A program made the position numbers and the translations under genes. This document shows positions 9,629 through 18,449 of a DNA stretch of 64,000 nt, piece after piece. The stretch is from a virus. Location: IMG/VR virus record IMGVR_UViG_3300025840_003125; one strand, written 5' to 3'. Each line of letters starts with the position of its first letter. Position 1 is the first letter of the stretch. The notes beneath the pieces are model-generated. The model was not told where the DNA came from. It searched no databases and saw only the letters and a list, made by a program, of their open reading frames with translations.

Positions 9629-10012
9629 ATGATAACTAAAGAAACTATATTTGAAGAATTTAAGATTGCAAAACAAAAAGATATTGCAAAATCTAAATCT
9701 AAACCTCCGTATGAAAATGTGTTTACAAACAGAATTACTGTATTGAAATCACATGTTGACACTAAAAAAGCAAATCCTAAAATGTACAGAAATTTAGATA
9801 TTAATTTTGATAAACTGTTGCTTGCGTATCAATCGCCTGTGCCAGTTGATCATTTTTACAAAGTCGGTTTCGGTAAGACTCTTGCAGAATATGAACACGA
9901 TAAAAGACTTGCTGAACTTACAGAAAAACAAAAAGAAAGAGAAGAAGCTCTTAAAAAAGAATTAAAAGAAAAAAATAAGGTAGACGGTGTTGAAGAAGTT
10001 ACTTTTAATTAG
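9629..10012 (+). CDS. hypothetical protein
   Basis: ORF after promoter, SD AAGGA. Confidence 0.7.
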   Translation: MITKETIFEEFKIAKQKDIAKSKSKPPYENVFTNRITVLKSHVDTKKANPKMYRNLDINFDKLLLAYQSPVPVDHFYKVGFGKTLAEYEHDKRLAELTEKQKEREEALKKELKEKNKVDGVEEVTFN

Positions 10013-10475
10013 TTGTTTGTTGTTGCTCTCTAACTGTGCTAGTAAACAGTCCTATATTGGTGCGTCCAGTACAGCGGCTGTTGCTGGTACGGCTTGTTGG
10101 CAATATATAAGTGACAATCCTGCTGTTGTGGCTACTTGTGCAGTTGCAGGTTCATTTAAAGGTGCAGATATTATGAATGCTGAAACAGATGACCAATTAA
10201 TGACAAGAGCATTTGTAGATCATTTAGAAAACGCACCTAATAGTCCAGGGTTTACAACTTGGCAAAATCCTAAAACACAAAGTAACGGTATTATCAAAAC
10301 TACAGGTTTTTATTTAAAAGGTCCAATTAAATGTACGATGGTCGAAACTACACACGATCAAAATTTAGACAATACAAGATTTTTTGACTCAATACTATAT
10401 GGCAATCCATATAGAAAAATGGAATGGCACGAAGCTTGCAAAATGCCTGATGGAAGATGGATGATAAATGAATAA
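9987..10475 (+). CDS. lipoprotein resembling Rickettsia 17-kDa surface antigen family
   Basis: Lipobox LSNC, Ala/Gly zipper, LENAP...WQNPKT..NG, C-terminal ACKMPDGRW. Confidence 0.7.
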   Translation: MLKKLLLISCLLLLSNCASKQSYIGASSTAAVAGTACWQYISDNPAVVATCAVAGSFKGADIMNAETDDQLMTRAFVDHLENAPNSPGFTTWQNPKTQSNGIIKTTGFYLKGPIKCTMVETTHDQNLDNTRFFDSILYGNPYRKMEWHEACKMPDGRWMINE

Positions 10476-10890
10476 AAAGAGAACATTATTTTTTATATTT
10501 CTATTGTTATTATTGATACCAATATTAATGCAAGTTGCTTACTCGGAAGACTCATTTGAAAACACAATGAAGAAACTAGAGGCATTAGAAAACAATGGTA
10601 CAAAAGTTGAATATGATAAAATACAACCTATCAAAGATCAATATTGTTTCATTAAAGTAGAAATTAAGCAATTAGACAATGGTGAGATTGTTAAACAGGA
10701 AGTAGTAGAATGTGCAGATGGCCGAAAGGCATACGATGGCCCTAGTTATTGGGAGTTGTATGCTCAATTTTACTATAGAGATATGTTTACACCTGCCTAT
10801 TGCAGATATTATGAAAGGCCGAAACATGCTTATCATAAACCTGGCAAAGTTTGCCTTGATAAAGACGGTAATTGGGAGGTACAAAAATGA
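10468..10890 (+). CDS. exported protein with C-terminus like the 17-kDa antigen
   Basis: N-terminal TM/signal; CRYY...GKVCLDKDGNWEV. Confidence 0.6.
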   Translation: MNKKRTLFFIFLLLLLIPILMQVAYSEDSFENTMKKLEALENNGTKVEYDKIQPIKDQYCFIKVEIKQLDNGEIVKQEVVECADGRKAYDGPSYWELYAQFYYRDMFTPAYCRYYERPKHAYHKPGKVCLDKDGNWEVQK

Positions 10891-11045
10891 TAAGAGGTCT
10901 ATTGACACTTACAATATTGTGGGTTATCCTTGCTTTTGCATGGGATCCATTTACGTCAACCGTTGAGAAAACACAGGCTGTTGACAAAACAAAAGAAATA
11001 GTATATAATGTGTTTAATAATGTAAAGGAGAAGGTGAATGAGTAA
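10887..11045 (+). CDS. small membrane protein (52 aa, not in ORF track)
   Basis: MIRGLLTLTILWVILAFAWDPF...KVNE*; SD GGAGG; overlaps both neighbours. Confidence 0.65.
   Translation: MIRGLLTLTILWVILAFAWDPFTSTVEKTQAVDKTKEIVYNVFNNVKEKVNE
10981..11009 (+). promoter_or_regulatory. sigma70-type promoter
   Basis: TTGACA-N17-TATAAT, perfect consensus. Confidence 0.75.
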
Positions 11046-11646
11046 GATACTCAAATATATAATGATCGGTTCTATAGGTCTGTTACTTGCAAATTGTTCT
11101 AGTAGCACTTATAAAATCAAACAAGAAAAGGATAAACAAGTCCTTAAAGTACCATCTTGGTATATGAAAGATTATAACGAGAAGAAAGAATGTGGTACTA
11201 AAACGTTCGGCAAAGGCAAAGATAAAGTTTGTATCTTTGGTGTCGGTACAAGTGTTTCACCAGATTTAGAACTTGCAATTGAAAAAGGTATGATGATTGC
11301 AAAGGCTGAACTTGCTGATAAAGTAAAAGGTGAGATGAATAAGAAAGCAAAAATATTTACTACAGAATTAGGTAAGAATACTAATAAAACTGTTGTAACA
11401 GATGTAGAAACTACATTAGTCAATATCATAAAACAAACACCAGTTAGAGGATACGAAGTGTTTGCTCAGGAAGTAACACTTACGAAGAACGGTTACTATC
11501 GTGCTTGGATTGGTTTAAGATTGCCTATGGGTGAGTACAATAAGATGTATAATTACTCTGTTGAAACCGTAGTTGACGCTTTCAAACTAAAGGAAATGGC
11601 TGATAAGGCATATGATGAAGTAGAGGTTATTGCAAATGAGTCATAA
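11038..11646 (+). CDS. lipoprotein, LPP20-like
   Basis: Lipobox LANC; VPSWY; FGVGTSVSPDLELA...AKAELA. Confidence 0.65.
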   Translation: MSKILKYIMIGSIGLLLANCSSSTYKIKQEKDKQVLKVPSWYMKDYNEKKECGTKTFGKGKDKVCIFGVGTSVSPDLELAIEKGMMIAKAELADKVKGEMNKKAKIFTTELGKNTNKTVVTDVETTLVNIIKQTPVRGYEVFAQEVTLTKNGYYRAWIGLRLPMGEYNKMYNYSVETVVDAFKLKEMADKAYDEVEVIANES

Positions 11647-11923
11647 AATAGAAATATACTCAAAACCTAATTGTGTCTATTGCGAGAAGTCTAAACATCT
11701 TGTAAAGACACTAGGCTTTGAATACACAGAAAAAATGTTTGGCAAAGACTTTAAAACGCCAGATGAATTGTTTGAAGCTGTAGGTAAACAAGTTAGAACT
11801 ATGCCACAAATAATAATAGATGATAAACACATTGGTGGATATAATGAGTTAGTTGAGTATCTTGCTGATAAAGGTCTATGTAATTTTAAAGGTGAAGTAA
11901 CAAAGAATGTTGATGGCAAATAA
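11636..11923 (+). CDS. nrdC: glutaredoxin (T4 NrdC-like)
   Basis: IYSKPNCVYC, RTMPQI, HIGGY. Confidence 0.9.
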   Translation: MSHKIEIYSKPNCVYCEKSKHLVKTLGFEYTEKMFGKDFKTPDELFEAVGKQVRTMPQIIIDDKHIGGYNELVEYLADKGLCNFKGEVTKNVDGK

Positions 11924-12284
11924 AAACAAAGATAACGTAATATTGTTTCCTAAAATTCCTAAACAGCCACCTAATGCTAAGGCTCTGGAATTAGATGCCA
12001 AAAGACAAGAAATGATAAGACTTGAACATAATAAAATTTTTGTTCAATCAGTAAGTGAAGACCTCACAGAAACAATGTTAATGAGATTAAAAGATGAAAA
12101 TTTTAATTTAACTGATCCAAAATTTTTAAGTGATTATAAATTATTATCTGAGTCGTTAAAATCAATGCTATTAAGACAAGTACACATGAAACACCCTTTA
12201 CAAGAAAGAGTCGATAAGGCTGTAACAACAAAAGGTGAAGGTGAAAATTTATATGCTATTACAATTGATTATAAAAAATTTTAA
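11907..12284 (+). CDS. hypothetical protein
   Basis: ORF with DNVILFP motif; start probably 11913. Confidence 0.7.
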   Translation: MLMANKNKDNVILFPKIPKQPPNAKALELDAKRQEMIRLEHNKIFVQSVSEDLTETMLMRLKDENFNLTDPKFLSDYKLLSESLKSMLLRQVHMKHPLQERVDKAVTTKGEGENLYAITIDYKKF

Positions 12285-12380
12285 AGAATTCCATAAAGCA
12301 CTTTGGAATACTATGAATGCTATAACGTGCCTAGTATTCAATAGTTTAAATAAGGCACATTATATAATAGGAGTGAATAA

Positions 12381-12713
12381 ATGTTTAAATCATTATTCTC
12401 AAATGACTCATTAAGAGTTGTAAAAAAAACTAAAAAAACTGAAACTAGAGGCAGAAAAACTTTGTCAAAAAGACAAAAAGTTTTAAACCTTTTATCAAAA
12501 GGTGAGTCTGTGACTTGGAAAACTCTAAGGAACAAATTTGATCTAGTATCACCAAGAGCTTTAATTGATACATTAAGATCAGAAGGAAACATGATCTATG
12601 TTAATCAAACTGCTAAAGGTACTTCATACAGAATGGGTGTACCAACAAAAGCGATTATCGCTGCTGGTATTAAAAAATTATATGGGACTCCGTTCGCATA
12701 TAAAAATGCGTAA
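12381..12713 (+). CDS. basic putative DNA-binding (winged HTH-like) protein
   Basis: KVLNLLSKG...LRNKFDL.SPRALIDTLRSEG..IY; SD AGGAG. Confidence 0.6.
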   Translation: MFKSLFSNDSLRVVKKTKKTETRGRKTLSKRQKVLNLLSKGESVTWKTLRNKFDLVSPRALIDTLRSEGNMIYVNQTAKGTSYRMGVPTKAIIAAGIKKLYGTPFAYKNA

Positions 12714-12741
12714 TCTCTCTCTTTAAAAACGCATAAATAAA

Positions 12742-12781
12742 TGTAGAGGCGGCCTTGTGCCGCCCTTACATAACAAAATGA
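12742..12781 (+). promoter_or_regulatory. late promoter followed by GC-rich leader hairpin
   Basis: CATAAATA, then ATGTAGAGGCGGC-CTTGT-GCCGCCCTTACAT. Confidence 0.5.
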
Positions 12782-12791
12782 GGAGGGCATT

Positions 12792-13280
12792 ATGCCAATG
12801 ACAACATCACAATTACATGGTATGGATACAGCAGGTTCATCTGCTCCATTACTACATGAAATTCTAATCAAAGTAAACAACGCCAAAGACAAAGCAAAAA
12901 AGATTGAAGTATTAAGAGAAAACGATTCAGTACCTTTAAGACAAGTACTGAAAGGTGCTTTTGATCCTAAAATTAAATGGGCTTTACCAGAGGGTACGCC
13001 ACCATACAAAGAGAATGACGCACCAGCAGGTACTGAACATACAACACTACACCAAGAAGCCAGAAGACTATGGCATTTTGTAGAAGGCGCTGATCAAAAA
13101 CTTTCTAAATCCAAAAAAGAAACCATGTTTATTCAAATGCTAGAAGGCCTACATAAAGATGACGCTAAACTTTTAATTGCAGTTAAAGAAAAAGAACTGA
13201 ACAAAATATATAAAGGTTTGACTGATTCTGTGGTCAAAGACGCATTTAGATGGAATGAAGAATACAAAACCATCGGATAG
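12792..13280 (+). CDS. conserved T4-like marine phage protein
   Basis: FDPKIKWALPEGTPPYKEND...FIQMLEGLH. Confidence 0.75.
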   Translation: MPMTTSQLHGMDTAGSSAPLLHEILIKVNNAKDKAKKIEVLRENDSVPLRQVLKGAFDPKIKWALPEGTPPYKENDAPAGTEHTTLHQEARRLWHFVEGADQKLSKSKKETMFIQMLEGLHKDDAKLLIAVKEKELNKIYKGLTDSVVKDAFRWNEEYKTIG

Positions 13281-13387
13281 CATAAATATTATAGAGTGAT
13301 TCTATAAAATTCAATTATAGGGTGTATTGACAAGATGTCGCACCCTATAAACCATTGATTTATCTACATTATTAGTCCATTTTTTGC

Positions 13388-13416
13388 TTGATTTCTTTGT
13401 TGATTTCTGATATTAT
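13388..13416 (+). promoter_or_regulatory. sigma70-type early promoter
   Basis: TTGATT-N17-TATTAT with TG; upstream ATTAGTCCATTTTTTG shared with the promoter at 46186-46214. Confidence 0.65.
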
Positions 13417-13448
13417 TATCATATGAAAACAACAAAGGAGAATATATA

Positions 13449-13643
13449 ATGTCAAAAACAAAACAATGGATTGAAGATACTACTGAAACTAAAGTTGACA
13501 ACATTATTGCTAAATTAACATCTGGTGAGATTACTAGAACAGACGCTAGAAATCAAATTATGAATGTTGATAATATTGCAATGTTAGGTATTGATGAAAA
13601 TACAGTTGATGAAGTAATTTACGAGGCTCATGCCAATGCGTAA
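13449..13643 (+). CDS. hypothetical protein
   Basis: SD AAGGAG. Confidence 0.7.
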   Translation: MSKTKQWIEDTTETKVDNIIAKLTSGEITRTDARNQIMNVDNIAMLGIDENTVDEVIYEAHANA

Positions 13644-13956
13644 ATCTTTTTTAATTTTATTTTTATTATTTGTCTATACTTGGTCTTGGTCTATCTTTAA
13701 TGTTGCCAAGGCAGATGATTATAACAAGGCAGTAATTGGTCATGTTATTTCTGAAACTATTAAAGGCACAGATATTGATACATCATATATTATGGAGCAA
13801 GAACTTGAAAAACTTGCACATAAATTTATGATTGATTCTGTAGTTATATTACAGGCATACTTACCACAAATACTTGATGGTGTTGCCGCTGATTTAAGAT
13901 TAAAACTTGACGAGAAATACAAAGAGGCAATTTTAAATGGCGAAAATAACAACTAG
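13630..13956 (+). CDS. exported hypothetical protein
   Basis: Signal peptide ending AKA. Confidence 0.65.
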   Translation: MPMRKSFLILFLLFVYTWSWSIFNVAKADDYNKAVIGHVISETIKGTDIDTSYIMEQELEKLAHKFMIDSVVILQAYLPQILDGVAADLRLKLDEKYKEAILNGENNN

Positions 13957-14356
13957 AAAAATGAAGGCAATGAAGTTGAAAAAGGCTCTTAAAAAGGAGT
14001 TTTCTTCTAAGCGTCAATATAAGACTACCTATAAAGATATTAAAAAGTATTTCAAAATTCTAAACAATGTTATTTTTAATAGCAAGTTAAGTCCGTTCGG
14101 ACAAATTGAAATAAAAGATTTACAAAGAGAGAAGTGTGTAGGACAAGTAGTAACCTTTGAATGGAAAAGAAAAGGTACTAGATTATACAAATTAGAGATG
14201 TTACCTACATATCCTGATAAAAGAGATTTTATGGACACGTTAGTACATGAAATGGTACATTTGTACCAAATGCAAAACCTGGGAGACTCGGGCAATCACA
14301 ATAATGTGTTTTGGTCGTTTAGTCCAAAAGTAAACTACTTAGGTTTACAATTATAA
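13937..14356 (+). CDS. SprT-like zinc metalloprotease domain protein
   Basis: TLVHEMVHLYQ (HExxH) plus downstream H..F. Confidence 0.7.
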   Translation: MAKITTRKMKAMKLKKALKKEFSSKRQYKTTYKDIKKYFKILNNVIFNSKLSPFGQIEIKDLQREKCVGQVVTFEWKRKGTRLYKLEMLPTYPDKRDFMDTLVHEMVHLYQMQNLGDSGNHNNVFWSFSPKVNYLGLQL

Positions 14357-14369
14357 GAAAGAATATATT

Positions 14370-14648
14370 ATGAAAAACGGTGAGAAGAACCACATTGATG
14401 AGTGGCTACAAAAACAAATCAAAAAAGGTATTGTCATTATTGACAAGGTACTTAACAATAACATAAAAGAGTGGGAACTATACTATACAGGTCATCTACA
14501 AAAAGATATACTAACTAACTTTCCTGGTAGAACTAGTAAAAAGATTTTCAAAGGATATAGAAGTCATTTGGATAACGACAACCTTGTCTTTACACAAAAA
14601 AAATTTGAAGAACATGGTTATGAATACTATGTAAAGAAAGGTATATAA
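14370..14648 (+). CDS. hypothetical protein
   Basis: ORF in operon. Confidence 0.65.
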   Translation: MKNGEKNHIDEWLQKQIKKGIVIIDKVLNNNIKEWELYYTGHLQKDILTNFPGRTSKKIFKGYRSHLDNDNLVFTQKKFEEHGYEYYVKKGI

Positions 14649-14938
14649 TGAAACTATTGAAAAAACATAAAGAGATATTAAACGAACTAATCAAAGGTAA
14701 AGGCTTCTGGAAGACGCCTACTCTACCTAAAGATTACAAAGACAAAACAAGTGTGCTAGATATACTTGTGCCATTGTACTTAAAAGGCTTATTGACGTTT
14801 CAAAGACAATACGACATACCAATAATCGGACCTAGTAACGAGCATATGATTAGATTTAAATGGTATAATGTTAAGATTGATAAAAAGAAAACAATTAAAG
14901 ACTTGAAAAAGGTGGTTAAAGATGGGCAAATCATATAA
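14648..14938 (+). CDS. hypothetical protein
   Basis: TAATG coupling. Confidence 0.65.
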   Translation: MKLLKKHKEILNELIKGKGFWKTPTLPKDYKDKTSVLDILVPLYLKGLLTFQRQYDIPIIGPSNEHMIRFKWYNVKIDKKKTIKDLKKVVKDGQII

Positions 14939-15605
14939 TTGGCATACATTAGCAAATAAGGCTTGGTTTTATACAAAGGTATTTTTTACAATATTAACTT
15001 TAATGGTTGCTGCTTATATCTACGGCACATACAATCCTAATAATACAGCAAAGACTATAGTCAACGAAGAGCTTGATTTATTCTATATGAAAAAAATAGA
15101 AGACATGGGATTACAAGAACCTGAATTTACTTACAACAATGATATTCAATTTATACGTGCTATGCACAAATGTATAAATTATATAAACTTTTCATTATCA
15201 AAGGATAAAAGAGTGCCATACGAGATGATTATAGGTCAGGCTGCGTTAGAGTCTGGTTGGGGTAAAAGTAGATTTGCTATAAAGGCAAACAATTTATTTG
15301 GTATTAGAACATGGTCAGAATCAACACCACACCTATTACCACAAGGTATAACTGAATGGCCAGGTTGGGGTGTAAGAGCATTTGCTAGTAAGTGTGATAG
15401 TGTTAAAGAGTATGTAAGATTATTAAACGAACATAATGCTTACAAAGAGTTTAGAGTGTTAAGGCAAAAGATGTTAGATAAAAATCAACAACTTGATTCT
15501 ATACAACTTATAAAAACTTTAGATAAGTTTTCTACTACAGGAGATTATGACAAAAGAGTTATAAGAATGATAAAAAAAATAAGAAAACTAGAGGAGAGTA
15601 AATGA
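14922..15605 (+). CDS. membrane-anchored GH73/Bax-like glucosaminidase (peptidoglycan hydrolase)
   Basis: N-terminal TM; GQAALESGWGKSRFA..ANNLFGI; LNEHNAYKEFR. Confidence 0.8.
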   Translation: MGKSYNWHTLANKAWFYTKVFFTILTLMVAAYIYGTYNPNNTAKTIVNEELDLFYMKKIEDMGLQEPEFTYNNDIQFIRAMHKCINYINFSLSKDKRVPYEMIIGQAALESGWGKSRFAIKANNLFGIRTWSESTPHLLPQGITEWPGWGVRAFASKCDSVKEYVRLLNEHNAYKEFRVLRQKMLDKNQQLDSIQLIKTLDKFSTTGDYDKRVIRMIKKIRKLEESK

Positions 15606-15784
15606 CAGTAGAGCATGGTTTGTTAATGGGTTTTATAGGTTGCTCAGTAACGTTTATCGGTTTCTTTATTGCACATCTAATTGCTAATAGAAATCATATG
15701 AAGTTATATAAAAAGAAAGCCAAAACCCCTATGGATGATCTAATGAAAGATATGCCTGGGTGGAAAGCAGATGATTGTCAATAA
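15602..15784 (+). CDS. small membrane protein
   Basis: Single TM; SD GAGGAG. Confidence 0.6.
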   Translation: MTVEHGLLMGFIGCSVTFIGFFIAHLIANRNHMKLYKKKAKTPMDDLMKDMPGWKADDCQ

Positions 15785-15812
15785 GTACTGTAAAAACAAG
15801 TATTTTTAATGC

Positions 15813-15841
15813 TTGACTTTGCAGATAAATTGATATATAAT
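15813..15841 (+). promoter_or_regulatory. sigma70-type early promoter (leaderless mRNA)
   Basis: TTGACT-N17-TATAAT; ATG 7 nt after -10. Confidence 0.75.
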
Positions 15842-15848
15842 AGACCCT

Positions 15849-16031
15849 ATGATACACGAAGAAGACATTAAAAGACAAGAAGACCCAAAGATTAGAAGAC
15901 TCAAGGCATTAGCAAAAGCATGTTCCAATGCTCAACTTGACTCTTTCAAAAATTTATGGTATAATAAACTAATGCAACTTGCTAAACAATACAACATGAC
16001 AGATTATGTTACGAGAAAGCTGATACACTAA
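15849..16031 (+). CDS. hypothetical protein
   Basis: ORF after promoter, coupled to next gene. Confidence 0.6.
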   Translation: MIHEEDIKRQEDPKIRRLKALAKACSNAQLDSFKNLWYNKLMQLAKQYNMTDYVTRKLIH

Positions 16032-16609
16032 TGAATATTTTTTACGTTGACAAAGACCCGAAGACAGCGGCTAAGATGATGTGTGATAAACATATTATCA
16101 AAATGATACTAGAGTCTGCTCAGATGTTATGTACTGCTAAAAGAGTACTTGACGGCACAGAATATTTTGATACTACAAAGAATGGTCGTAAGATTAAAAG
16201 ATGGCGACTAGATAATTCTAACGAAGAAGCAATAGTTTACAAGGCAGGTTGGTTAGGTCACCCTAGTACACAATGGGTACTAAAGTCAGCATATAATTAC
16301 AAGTGGTTATTCAATCACTTCATAGCACTAAACGAAGAATACAAATTAAGATGGCAAAAAGATACAGACCATGTATCAATAACTAAACTTGCTGATCTAC
16401 TAAAACACCCACCTAAAAATGCACCATTGAATGTAATTGCTACAGACGCTACACCAGCAATGCCAGATCATTGTAAGATACCAGGCGATGTTGTAGGTTC
16501 GTATCGTAAGTATTACATATTAGAAAAAGTAAGATTTGCTAAATGGGAAAAACATGGTGCAGTTATGCCTGATTGGTTCAAACAAGGTATAGAACAAAAT
16601 GCCAGGTAA
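16031..16609 (+). CDS. pyrimidine-dimer DNA glycosylase (DenV-related) family protein
   Basis: MNIFYVDKDP..AA..MCDKHIIKMILESAQML; HPSTQW; PAMPD; YRKYY. Confidence 0.7.
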   Translation: MNIFYVDKDPKTAAKMMCDKHIIKMILESAQMLCTAKRVLDGTEYFDTTKNGRKIKRWRLDNSNEEAIVYKAGWLGHPSTQWVLKSAYNYKWLFNHFIALNEEYKLRWQKDTDHVSITKLADLLKHPPKNAPLNVIATDATPAMPDHCKIPGDVVGSYRKYYILEKVRFAKWEKHGAVMPDWFKQGIEQNAR

Positions 16610-16742
16610 GTGGGACGGTAAAAGTAGGATACCTACTCAACTATACAAAGATAATTACGACAGAATATTTGGTAAGAAGGATGATAAAAGAAAGAATACA
16701 ACAAAAAGGCGAAGACCTAAAAATGTTGCAAGGACACGATAG
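16599..16742 (+). CDS. small basic phage peptide (47 aa, not in ORF track)
   Basis: MPGKWDGKSRIPTQLYKDNYDRIFGKK...; fills the gap before sufE. Confidence 0.55.
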   Translation: MPGKWDGKSRIPTQLYKDNYDRIFGKKDDKRKNTTKRRRPKNVARTR

Positions 16743-17085
16743 ACTTGCATATTTAATTGACATTGCCAAAGACGTAGAATCACTACCACAAGAATTAAGA
16801 ACAGATCAAAATAGAATACGAGGGTGTGCTAGTAATCTATGGTTGATTGGTGGAGCAAAAGAAGATAATACAATGATATATAAAATAGACGCTGACGCAT
16901 TTATAACAAAAGGCACAGCGAAATTAGTAACAGACCTAGTCAATGGTTGTCCTAGAGATGAAGTGGCTGCTCTTACTATAGAGGATTTTTTACCTTTAGG
17001 TGTTAGAGAACTACTTACAATGCAAAGACAGAATGGTTTAGGGTCATTAATACAGAGGATAGTAGATATAGCAAATACTAAATAA
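16681..17085 (+). CDS. sufE: SufE-family Fe-S sulfur-transfer protein
   Basis: RIRGCASNLW (active Cys), DADAFITKG, RQNGL. Confidence 0.85.
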   Translation: MIKERIQQKGEDLKMLQGHDRLAYLIDIAKDVESLPQELRTDQNRIRGCASNLWLIGGAKEDNTMIYKIDADAFITKGTAKLVTDLVNGCPRDEVAALTIEDFLPLGVRELLTMQRQNGLGSLIQRIVDIANTK

Positions 17086-17089
17086 TATT

Positions 17090-17470
17090 ATGAATAATAC
17101 AACAGATTTTATACAATTAAATATGAACTTTTTGAATGATATTCAAAGTTACCATTGGCAAACAGAGTCATATTCTGAGCATGAAAGTACAGGTGAATAT
17201 TATGAAAAGTTTAGTAAATTAAATGACGAGTTTGTAGAAACTTGGCAAGGCAAATCAGGTACTAGAATTAAGTTTAGTGCTGAATTAAGACCTGGCATAA
17301 TGAATTACGCTGACAATGGTCAAGTTAAAGGTGAAGTACAAAAACAAGTAGCACGAATAACGAAGATTGCAGAAAACAGCAAAGTAAAAGGTCAAATGGA
17401 TTTAGAAAGCATACTTGAAGATATGCTTTTAACAACTAATCAGTTATTGTTTCATCTAACATTAAAATAA
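17090..17470 (+). CDS. ferritin/Dps-like four-helix bundle protein
   Basis: YHWQTESYSEHE..GEYYE...DEFVETWQG; late promoter CTAAATA just upstream. Confidence 0.6.
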   Translation: MNNTTDFIQLNMNFLNDIQSYHWQTESYSEHESTGEYYEKFSKLNDEFVETWQGKSGTRIKFSAELRPGIMNYADNGQVKGEVQKQVARITKIAENSKVKGQMDLESILEDMLLTTNQLLFHLTLK

Positions 17471-17785
17471 ATGCCCATATACACATTTACAAATAAAAGA
17501 ACTGGTAAAGAGTTTACCGAAATGATGACTATTGACGAGAGGGAAAAGTATCTTAAAAAGAACAAACACATCAAGCAAAATATATCAGGCATAAGAATTG
17601 TTGCAGGTGTAAGTGGCGCTAGTTATAGATCAGATAGTGGTTGGAAAGAAACATTATCAAAAGTAGCAGAAGCACACCCAATGAGTGCTTTAGCAAATGA
17701 AATGGGAACAAAGTCAACAAAACAAATCAAAACAGAGCAAGTTATGAAAAAACACAAGGCTAGACAAAGTGCAAAATCTAAATAA
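17471..17785 (+). CDS. FmdB-like conserved phage protein
   Basis: MPIYTFTNKRTGKEF...GWKETLSKV. Confidence 0.6.
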   Translation: MPIYTFTNKRTGKEFTEMMTIDEREKYLKKNKHIKQNISGIRIVAGVSGASYRSDSGWKETLSKVAEAHPMSALANEMGTKSTKQIKTEQVMKKHKARQSAKSK

Positions 17786-17787
17786 TA

Positions 17788-17868
17788 TAGGGGTGCAGAG
17801 CGAGCAACTGAAAAACAACGGTCGTATACCAGAGTCTAATAAGTCAATCCGCTCATTGCACCTACCTA
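17788..17868 (+). ncRNA. candidate structured RNA / 5' leader
   Basis: GGTGCA-GAGCG...CGCTC-AT-TGCACC closing stem, GC-rich, directly after late promoter CTAAATA. Confidence 0.4.
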
Positions 17869-17884
17869 AACAAGGAGAAAACTA

Positions 17885-18274
17885 ATGGCAGACATACCTG
17901 ATTTTATGAGGGAGTTTGATACCGATGTAGATTATGGTTTTACTCCTGTATCAAAGAAACCAGTTGAAGACACACCAGCAATAGATCCGAAGGTTGTAGA
18001 AGACTCTAATTTAGAGATTGCAAAAGTTAAAGCAGACGTAGGCGATATAAAGTCTATGATGAATGAGATTATGCAAATTGTAGCAGAGAAAGATTCTGTT
18101 AACAAAGAGATACAGGACGCTGACGTATCAGCGAGATTTAAAGAGATTGAAAAGACTATACTACCGTTTTTGTATAATCTTTCAAAAACCAACGAACCTT
18201 ATATACATTGGCCTAATAGAGGACCAATTATTAAGGCACAGATGGATAAAATATTAAAACTTACAAGGGGATAA
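17885..18274 (+). CDS. conserved hypothetical phage protein
   Basis: SD AAGGAG; ILPFLYNL...YIHWPNR. Confidence 0.75.
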   Translation: MADIPDFMREFDTDVDYGFTPVSKKPVEDTPAIDPKVVEDSNLEIAKVKADVGDIKSMMNEIMQIVAEKDSVNKEIQDADVSARFKEIEKTILPFLYNLSKTNEPYIHWPNRGPIIKAQMDKILKLTRG

Positions 18275-18275
18275 T

Positions 18276-18449
18276 ATGTTAGAAGTAAAAGCTCATCACA
18301 AAGAATTAAAACGAGCGGTGAATGAAATTGAAGATAAAAGAAAACAAGACAGATCAACTAAATTATGGTACGATATAAGAACCTTAAAGAAAATAAAACT
18401 TATAGCAAAGGATAAATTAAATGCAACTAAGCAAAAACTTTTCGCTTAA
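18276..18449 (+). CDS. small coiled-coil protein, DUF465/YdcH-like (57 aa, not in ORF track)
   Basis: HKEL...I..LKKIKLIAKDKL; SD AGGGG. Confidence 0.6.
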   Translation: MLEVKAHHKELKRAVNEIEDKRKQDRSTKLWYDIRTLKKIKLIAKDKLNATKQKLFA

